A stretch of DNA of 59,079 nt, the filler included, from Sphacelaria rigidula (lineage: Eukaryota): assembly GCA_964200075.2 (NCBI GenBank). It is 7 parts of 7 records of this genome, joined end to end, with 100 filler letters (N's around TTAATTAATTAA, not from the genome) between each part and the next. Parts side by side here need not be neighbours in the genome. Positions count along the whole stretch, not along the records: positions 50,726 to 59,079 come from CAXNAA020011420.1; 6 more parts are not named here. One strand, 5' to 3'. Positions 50,727-59,079 of this stretch are shown here, one piece after another (position 1 is the stretch's first letter; each line of letters begins with the position of its first letter). Under the pieces are notes generated by a model that did no database searches, was not told where the DNA came from, and saw only the letters and a list, made by a program, of their open reading frames with translations. The position numbers and the translations under genes are program-made.

Positions 50727-50990
50727 TTTACCCTTCATGCGACTCGCCGAACACCCCACGGCGCTTCGCGCTTGGTGCTGGAGTGCGAGCCTGGTTCGGC
50801 GAAAACCTGGCGTGCTCCGTCTCGGCTTTGTAGGGATGCGAGGTCGATGGCCTTATGACTATGGCATGCATGATCATGAGTACACTCCCACCTCCCCCCA
50901 GCCACGCCGGTGCTCCGTCTCGAAAGGGATGCGTCGTCAATGGTCAAGCGACTAAGGCAAGCAGCAAATGAGTACGCCTCCCCCCGAGCC
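50727..50990 (-). mobile_element. Composite repeat: family-B core followed by family-A body
   Basis: Reverse complement: tactcatttgctgcttgccttagtcg...gacggagcac, G-rich linker, then tactcatgatcatgcatgccatagtc... Confidence 0.75.
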
Positions 50991-51053
50991 ACGCCAGGGA
51001 GACGCTAGCACCGAAAATTGCGCAAAAGTGGTATGGGTCATCGCTGTCCGTAC

Positions 51054-54000
51054 ATGATTTTGCGGGGCCGGTCCCACTGTGGCGATGAGCGCAGCGTTGG
51101 AATTCCCTCCTAGCGAGGCAGCCAAGATGCGCGTCAGCTTAGAGTCTCTGTACGCGCGACACAAAATGGGTGCCGGTCATTCGCGAAAAGATATATCGTA
51201 TTTGAGTACTAAAATAGCAGGTGGGTGTTGTGTGGTGCGGTGAACGTGGCAAGCGCAATTTTTCGCAACATTTCCTGCATATCACGCGAAGTATTCTCAA
51301 CGCTCATCACATCACGGCACAAGGGCACCCATGGGAAACGGTGTCGCGGTTCTACAGAGTGGTGATTAGAACTGGCTCCCGGCGCCGAAGCCGAGCGTAC
51401 AGGACTGAGATGACACGCACCATGTCGTCGACAGGGTTTTCATGTGGTCCTCAGGGCCCTCACCGTAACAGTTCAACAATACAGGACAAGCGGAAATTGA
51501 AACATGGCAGACGGGAGTCGTCGCGTGCGTCCTCGCGGCGTTTGAGGGCGCCTTACTGTATTACTCCTACCTCCAACGGGACACGCGTTGCATACCTGAA
51601 GGGAATATGAGGTCGGTGAAGTTGTGCCTGTCCTAGCGCAGCAATGACGTTCCCCAATGCGCTCAGAGATCCATTGATGTAGCCGGCTTCCCGCAAACTC
51701 TCACTGTTGCCTAAGGCGCCAAGAAAGCAACTTCAGGTTAATTTTTCCAAGGAACGTACCCGTAGGCGGTAAACCAACCGATTCGTGACAATATGAAGGA
51801 ACTTATTCTTGTCTTCCGCTTTTCGCACCTTGTTTCAACTATTTCCTCGTTCATTTGCTACCATGCTTGTTCTCTTTTTTCTTCTCCTTTTTTTCTCTTT
51901 GTCAACTTTCTGCGGTGAATTTTGTTTCTCTATTTCAGCACGCCCATCTTGTGACCACGATGGGTTCATAGCGGAGTAATTGACATGAGAGATCCGATCA
52001 ATCAAGAGCGATCCATAAGTAGTTTGTTGTTCCAAAAAAGTGGAACTCAGACGTGTTGATGCGGTCTAAGGTATACACAACGCCGAGTGATGACCTCCGA
52101 TACGGAGTGCGCGTGATGAATTTCGAAAATGCTTACAGTTCCCGACCGTTCTTCCCACCTTCTATCCCCCGACAGCCGGGTCTTCCAACCCGTTCCGATC
52201 CTGCTAGATCCACCAGTACTAGCTGCGATCTCGTTGAATGGTCATTAGCGGAATGCGAGCGTGCTCCACATTTCCTCAACACAGAAATAGTAACAACAGT
52301 ATGGCTTCGAGACGACAGATCGTTGTTCACCGTACGGGCAGTGGCCCTTTGACGGAGCCCTTGATCTATGAGCGCGATCGCCTGTTGTCCGTTCGCAGGG
52401 AGAGTACCGGTACGTTGCAATCTTATGCGACGGCGGAGGCGGTACTGTGTACTTTATGGGACGAAAATGATATTCTCTGCCGTTTGCTGCTCGGCAACCT
52501 GAGTCATTAGAAGGAACGAAATCACGATGTAGTCACCGTTCTCTTAATGTCCAGATTAGTTTCCAGGTAGCTAAACTTGCACAACAGCGTGATCGACAGC
52601 CGAAGATATCAATCAATTACATACTGTAAAGTTTATGTTGTAGCGTGTCGTGCCTGCTGATGTGAAGCCACACGATACTCTCGAAGACCCTCCACGAAGA
52701 ATCCCACGGCTGGATCTTCGCGTATCATAAGCCCGGGGGCAGTCTCGTCTCGAATATCTGATACAGGCCCCAGGAGGTCCTTAGGGTACCGAAGAGCAAG
52801 GAATCACGGTAACAGGTAAGCGAAATTTTGAGGACGAAGACTGGAGCCCGTGGCGCTCAATCGCAGGCGCCATGAAGCGCGTAGAAAGTGCCAGTTGCGC
52901 TTGTACCACACTTTCCATACCGGGGCACGGGCATCAATGTTTGTCTGCTAGGCTTGACACAGATCTATTCCCCAGCAGTCGTGAAGAAAAAGAAAGCTCA
53001 CGATGTCCACTAAGGAAGACGTCACAAACCTGCACAAATTCATTGTAAATCTGCAGTAGAGACACCGTCACCAAGACGCCCGATGCGCGCTCGAAAGACG
53101 TGATACGCTCGAACACCCGACACAGTGCTCGTGGGATGATTCCAGCCTCAGGTGCACAGCGAATATAATTTGCAGAAGAACTCCTCTCCTCCCTTGGCTC
53201 CACATACGTTGCTGAAGAGTCTACATTACGCGCTTCTTGACCCGATTCCCATAATCTCCCAGCGTCTGCATAGGGATCTCCCCCTAGTACTGACGTCGGG
53301 GCCGATGGCAGGTGTGTGAAAGACGAGTTTGACTCGATACAATCAACCGCTTCTGCGGTTCTTGATTCTTGCAACGCCCCCATTGTGTAACTTTTGCCCG
53401 AAGCTGTTTGCCCGTAAGCCATTATGAGCCCGTGGAGACCTTCGATTGCTCCGTCCACCACTGGCGCGGCTATACTGTGCAGGGAAGGTCCGTGGTGAAC
53501 GGCTTTGAATGATGAGGTGACTGATGGAGGGAGCAAAAAGTATGATGGGTGACTGATGGAGGGAGAAACAAATATGATGAGTCGACGCCAAAAGCGTGAT
53601 GCATTCCGGAAAGTGCCGCAAATAAGGACTTGGTGTAGGGTAGGGATATATCCCTACTTGATCGCTTGCACATTATACGCACCTAGTTCCAAATTATTAT
53701 ACTCTTACGCCTCCGCCTCCATCCTGCGGCTACCTAAAGCCATGACTAGTAGGCATTATTTTTGTGTACTGTATATCTCGTCAAATGTCAAATATCTCCT
53801 CCAATTGTCGGTAAGCGTCGAATTTCCCCACTTCTGAACCCCACAAGTGTCCAAGTCGTCAAAACGCTCGACGATATTCACACGAAAAGAGCCGAAAGAC
53901 GTCTAATACATGATGGTTTTAGAGTTGCAAAAGTGGGGGGAATTGGCTTCGGCATTCGATGAAATTTGACGTTTACTTAATTAACAGCATTCACCACAAA

Positions 54001-54703
54001 AAAAATGCCTGCTGCTACACGAGTACTCTTACTCGGAAAAGTGGTGGCCTTGCAGTCGTCAAAATGTGTGTGCAAAGTCGAATCATTACCAGTCTCGCCC
54101 GTCAGATATCGGGTGGATAGTACGTTGTTGCTACTCAGTTATTTTGGAGATGTTTTAACGTAGCTTAACAAACCTTTCGTACACCTCCTGTTGTCCACAC
54201 TGTGGTGTAAACGCGTGGTCGAACACAAACCCACGTTCCTGACCGTCAATTCTTCGTAGATGCACCCGATGGCCCTTCCGCTTGCCGTCTCTTCTACTTG
54301 TCGTCATATCAGTGATATCACTGTCCCCCGTCCACCTCTGATTTCCCACCCGTCTGGCATCAGATATTTCTCCCGCAAGAAATACTGCCGGCCTGTACCC
54401 GCCAGATCTTCCAGCGGCAGACTTTATCTCATGACCGAAGGCCGGTCTGATTCTAACACCCACTCTGATCCTGCCGCACCCACTGCCACCACTGCCACCA
54501 CTGCCACCACTGCCACCACTCCGGGTGGTACAGCTACTGGAGCCAGTATTGACATGACGTGCCGACAAGCTGGTGTTGACTTGAGGCGGCGCTGGTGGCG
54601 CCCGTGATGGTGGCAAACGATTCGAACTTGCACACAATTCTATTCCTGCTGTACTACCACTAGACCTAGTTGAAGATGTGGAGGAGGAGGTGGTGGCCCA
54701 CAT
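51054..54703 (-). CDS. Kinesin motor-domain protein; exons 54703-54174, 53474-53030, 52779-52654, 52381-52159, 51710-51596, 51147-51054; 3' end off contig
   Basis: RIRVGVRIRP, FVFDHAF, AYGQTASGKSYTM (P-loop), LQIYNE-DLL, SSRSH (switch I), LVDLAGSER (switch II), INGSLSALGNVIAAL, HIPFRDSKLTRIL..SLGGNS; phases consistent; start codon tentative. Confidence 0.95.
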
Positions 54704-55115
54704 TGCCCCGAATGTTGTAATAGCTTGGTGACGATGTGATGATGTTTCGCGTGCTGATGGTTGCGCGCTGTTTTCTCGCAGCCAGGTCAGGGCAGGATTT
54801 GACCACAACTATACGAGCAATGCCAGCCAGAAACAGAGTTCAGAACAGCATCGCATAGATGACGGCCATATTTGCATCGTTTACAGCAATAATAGCCGCG
54901 TTGGGCCAACGAGAGTAAAGATACACGTGTGGAGCGGACGCATGACAGACACTGTAAATTATGCTTTAGTCATAATCCAAAAAGTCTGAGAAGGTAAGCG
55001 AAAGTCGACGGTGGACTGCCATCCCGCAAACCTGTCTAGAAGCCGAGCAGCTCAGCTGTCGTGCAGCTGTCAGGAGCGGCACGAGGGAGCGGGGGCTTGA
55101 ACATCAGAGCTCAAA
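54704..55115. promoter_or_regulatory. Probable bidirectional promoter/5' UTR region
   Basis: ~410 bp between divergent start codons on the same contig. Confidence 0.5.
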
Positions 55116-57031
55116 ATGTCCGAAGCGCCTCTTGAGATGTCCGAGCAGATAGTTATTGACGAAAACAAACGGTAAGTGAAGCGATGATGTCCAAGCAAGA
55201 ACATTCTGCAGTGCAGGGACGCTAGAAAACTAGTACACCGCAGGACACAATTGCCGTCCGAAGGAAGCATGCACTAGTTGTGCTGTTGTGCGCCTTCTAT
55301 TCCCTCGGACAAAAACGACACCATGATAATGTCATTAGAAGTACCTCGTCCAGGTCGTTTGATAGACGGGTTCACTTTGAGGTACAGGATTTGGCTTCGG
55401 AGGATAATGGAGTGTATGTCGCTGGGGGGTGTTATACTTCGTCGGTACTTGCACAGAGAGAAGTTGCCAGCGCTGTCGAGGGCACGTGTGAACGTGTGTA
55501 CGTGTCGGCCAGCTTTCAGCTAAACCTTAATTCACTTGTACAGCTCGATGTAGTTGTCGGATGTTGTATGTCCTCATGCACTGCACCACACTGCATTGAT
55601 TGTAATGCCAATCACTTCAGAAAGTCATCGAGATATGTCGAAAGATACGATCACCCCGACGTTTAGTAGTGGATACTGCATGTACTGTTGTTTACTCGTA
55701 CAACCTTTCTGAAGTCAAAAAAATGATACAGTAATTGCAGAATACGAGTTCATCACCACGTGCCATAATCCAATGATGCTTCATATCTTGCGTTTAGTAT
55801 TCAACCTTGGCCAAAAAAAATTGTGGATTTGGATGAAACACGGAGGAACTTCGTGGTAGTGGCGGGTGTACGAGCACCCCCACACAGATATCCCGCATTG
55901 CACCGCAGAGTCGATTTTGGATTGCTCAACTTCACATGGCGTACGCCATTAAAGCGGCACATTTCCAGTGTTCTATTTCTATACATTTCCCTCCGAAACA
56001 AACTGATTTTGCTCGTTTAGCTAAAAATCCGCCTTGCCGATGTGATGCAGGAGGTTGAGGCGCTCACACCTCAAACAAACCGCTGGACAAATCTTGTTCT
56101 CGACGAGAACTGCGAGCAAAAGCTTGAGAAGATTGGTACAGCCGTGCCTCCTTTTGGGAAAAAAATATCTTCGCATGCCCTCTCAGAAAGAAACGCGACA
56201 AGAAGTCAAAATTAGGTTCGCATTCGCGCGTACATGACACGTGCGACCATCTCAAAGTACGAAACATTTGGTAAAGGGTGTGTGTTCGATTAGTTGACGG
56301 GTGTCAGACGGAATTTTCCGCCTGCCCTGACAAAAGAGTACGGTACGAATCTGTTCCGTGCGGCCCATCCGGCGACCCAAGAGTACAAGAATGGCACTAC
56401 AGTTCTACGCGAGATTTCTCGTCTGTTTGCTCCACTCCAGATTTTAAGTAGGATGTGCAGTTGACGTGATCACCCCCAAAAGCATGTACGTGTACTGGCT
56501 CTGCCAGTCCCTCTCAGTCGCTTTGTCTGTGTATGCGTGACGATGCTATTCCCAGGTTTTCCGAGACGGTGCTGTGGAAGCTCCAGCGAGAATTCTACGA
56601 GAAGAATGAGGTAGTCGGAGCTTGTACACGAGTAGGGTTTACAACTATTGCTTGCATCTGCATCCTGAGGTGCCAAGGACACATATCACCATGGTTTCTT
56701 CCGGTATTTACAGGAATATACGGTAGACTGATGATTACTAGACGTAGCTTGTGTTTAACACCTTCCAGGCAGAATCCCTCAGAGCTATGTGAGAGAGTTA
56801 CTTCTCTGGGTACAACCCAGGGTGGTCGGCATCGTTTGCGACACGGTCACCGAGTATCCCCAATGAGACACCATATCGAGAATAGCTGAACCTGTCCTGC
56901 TTCTCTTGTTGCTTCCATCAGGTGAAGTGCTGGCAAGAATGCGTTGTGCCCAACTTCGTGACGTCTAACTGCTTCATTGCCCAGGCCTACGCGAAGTCCA
57001 TCGCGGGGTTTCTCAGAGATCACCTTGGCAG
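55116..57031 (+). CDS. 5' exons of a putative SAM-dependent methyltransferase (MidA-like/TPR-fused family); exons 55116-55171, 56556-56610, 56922-57031
   Basis: Spliced MSEAPLEMSEQIVIDENKRFSETVLWKLQREFYEKNEVKCWQECVVPNFVTSNCFIAQAYAKSIAGFLRDHLG; phases match; resembles, from memory, the FSxxxxWxLQRxYY...W....VP..ITSN..IA.AYA..I.GFL.D N-terminus of that family. Confidence 0.7.
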
Positions 57032-58499
57032 GCGAGTACCGCACCAAGCGAGGTGTTATAAGCTTCAGTTCGAAGCTACGATACACGTGCGAAATGGCAA
57101 AGTTGCTATTAGTTGTGTTAGTTCCCGAAGTGTAACACCCGCCGTTACGAGTTTCCGACCTCGCACTTTGTTCAAGAAACAAAAGCCTTCGCTCCCAGTA
57201 AAGGCGAAGACTCCGCTGAAAAATCTCGGTGGATAATTCCGACGACACAAGACGTTCAAGAGCATGAGGACGGCAGTTGTACGAGAAAATGTAGAGGGGG
57301 GCCGATCAACTGGAGTGATGTGCTCCGGTCATTCACGGGAGTACATCCTCATGCTGTGGGTGTTACTGCTACAGATTATTATCCTATCCTGCTCAATGCT
57401 GTGTCACCGATGTAGGGTATTGTGCCCAGGGCAGGGTATTTTATTGAAGACAGGCGTTGCACGGCCTACGTAGGTAGTACCGAGTAGCATTGCGGTGCTC
57501 AGGATATGGTTTCCGTTTGATTTCATTCGGCGTAAGCGGTACTGCTTGGAGTGGAAGTTCTCGTTACTGCGATGGTTGTTTTGGAATACTTATGCACATC
57601 AGAGAACATTATCAGGAACGATCTAGTTAGATCTAGAGATACGAAACCGTAGGATATGACGTTTCAAGATCACGAGCACGAGCACATTGCAGATCCCCCT
57701 CCGTCTCTCAGTCTTGTCTAGCGTCCGGATTTCTGATTGGGCGCCTCGCTGCAGAGCGGTTCTTGGCCCCTGAGAGCCCCTTTAGAATCGATATAAAGTC
57801 ACGTATATCCCGGGTACGTACACTTGTGCCACACGGCTAGCTTCGTCGCGATCAGTTCCTGGCGGTGCAGCCACGTCGAACTGTGTCACCGTTCACGCCA
57901 ACAGCTGCACACCACTCTGCCCTTGCTATTCACAACGCTTGCTACGAGGAGAGAACGCGACGAATAGCTCATTTGACCAAAGGCACTGTTGCTGAAGATC
58001 TTCGTAGCTATTGTAGCTAGTGTGTGGTGAAAATCCCTGTTCGGTATCCATACCATACCGTGGTTCCCCTCTGCATATAAGGTCAACAAGACCCTGTAAG
58101 TGCAGTACAGCAGACTGTGAAGATGTTTGTGGAGGGTTAGCGACAATTTTCCCCTGCCTTATTCGAAAGACCAGCAGTACTCTACTGCGTGCTGCAACGC
58201 TATGAAATTCTTTCGGACAGTTCTCCGCTATTTCATACGACGTTCTGGGCATTCCCGAGTTTATTACGTTTGGGAACTCATTAAGAGCATAATGGCTTAT
58301 AAAGAACACTGGTGAAGTCAGGATCGTGCGAGGGGTTCATGGAAGCGTAGGGGAGGAGAAAATAGTCGTCCCCGGGGGGTGCTTTCGACCGTGAATTTCG
58401 GGTGACCGGTAGAAATATAAAGCGTACAATCTACCCTAACTAGTGATACATGTCATTTTTCTTAACGGGACTGTAGACACTCCAGGGATCATATTTTTC

Positions 58500-58575
58500 C
58501 ATCCCCTCCCTTAACTCCGTCTCGAAAGGGATGCGTAGTTAATGGCCAAACGACTAATGCAAGCAACAACTGAGT

Positions 58576-58615
<40 letters not shown>

Positions 58616-59079
58616 CCCTCCCCCCCCCCTCCCCCACCCCACCCACCCCTCCTCTCTCNNNNNNNNNNCCCCCTTACCCCCCTTTCAAAAGCGGTGTGTA
58701 TTTAATGGCCAAACCACTAAACCAAACAACAACCGAGACCCCCCCCCCCCCCCCCCCCCTCTTAAACACACGCGGTGGTCATCATGCACCGTCAGGGCCT
58801 GTTACATTCGAATAGCGATGCTTCTGAACACGCAGGAGGCATCGATCGAACGTACTCACCCTATCCTACTGCTTCATGACTCCTTACCCCCCACCGCCCC
58901 CCAATAGTGAGACACCCACGAGGCAGTGTGTAAGCCGTGGCTGTCTCCGGAAGTGACGATACCAGAAAATGAAGCAATTCATTGTAGGCTGTCTTCCAAA
59001 TCCAAGATAATCAGTACGCTTCGGGCCGAAAGAATCTTAGCAGGATGCAGCTCACCCTTCATGCGACTCGTCGAATACA
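58500..59079 (-). mobile_element. Family-B core fragments with poly-C tracts, then a family-A copy to the window end
   Basis: ctccgtctcgaaagggatgcgtagttaatggccaaacgactaatgcaagcaacaactgagtac; 58950-59079 matches 5213-5360. Confidence 0.7.

Noticed and set aside
58575-58760. Proline-rich ORF or G-quadruplex locus
   Set aside because: Poly-C run with Ns, likely low-quality sequence within a repeat

Overview
Eukaryotic, intron-rich and repeat-rich DNA. Exon style, Copia/RTE remnants and tRNA-SINEs fit a stramenopile, probably a brown alga (inference). The window is NOT one locus. It is seven contigs of near-identical length (8355 bp, then 6 x 8354 bp) joined by 100-bp artificial linkers (N44-TTAATTAATTAA-N44), so nothing can be linked across a linker. 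Genes reconstructed by splice-phase matching: an internal exon of a PAP2/sphingosine-1-phosphate-phosphatase-like gene; 7 exons of an unknown, probably secreted protein with three internal repeats; 2 exons of an ankyrin-repeat gene; the 3' half of a C-terminal RING gene (HPS5/Vps41-like); and a head-to-head pair of a kinesin motor gene and a bacterial-type SAM-methyltransferase-like gene, with one well-supported and one probable GC-AG intron. Non-coding features: an atypical tRNA-Ile(GAT), a decayed Copia element, an RTE-LINE 3' end, MITEs/foldbacks and several tRNA-derived SINE-like families. The most unusual structures are (i) tRNA-Val-like heads that each sit in a spacer-less palindrome with an inverted copy of their own 5' end (41663-42171) and (ii) an approximately 75-bp core domain shared by two abundant repeat bodies, resembling an undescribed SINE-superfamily core.
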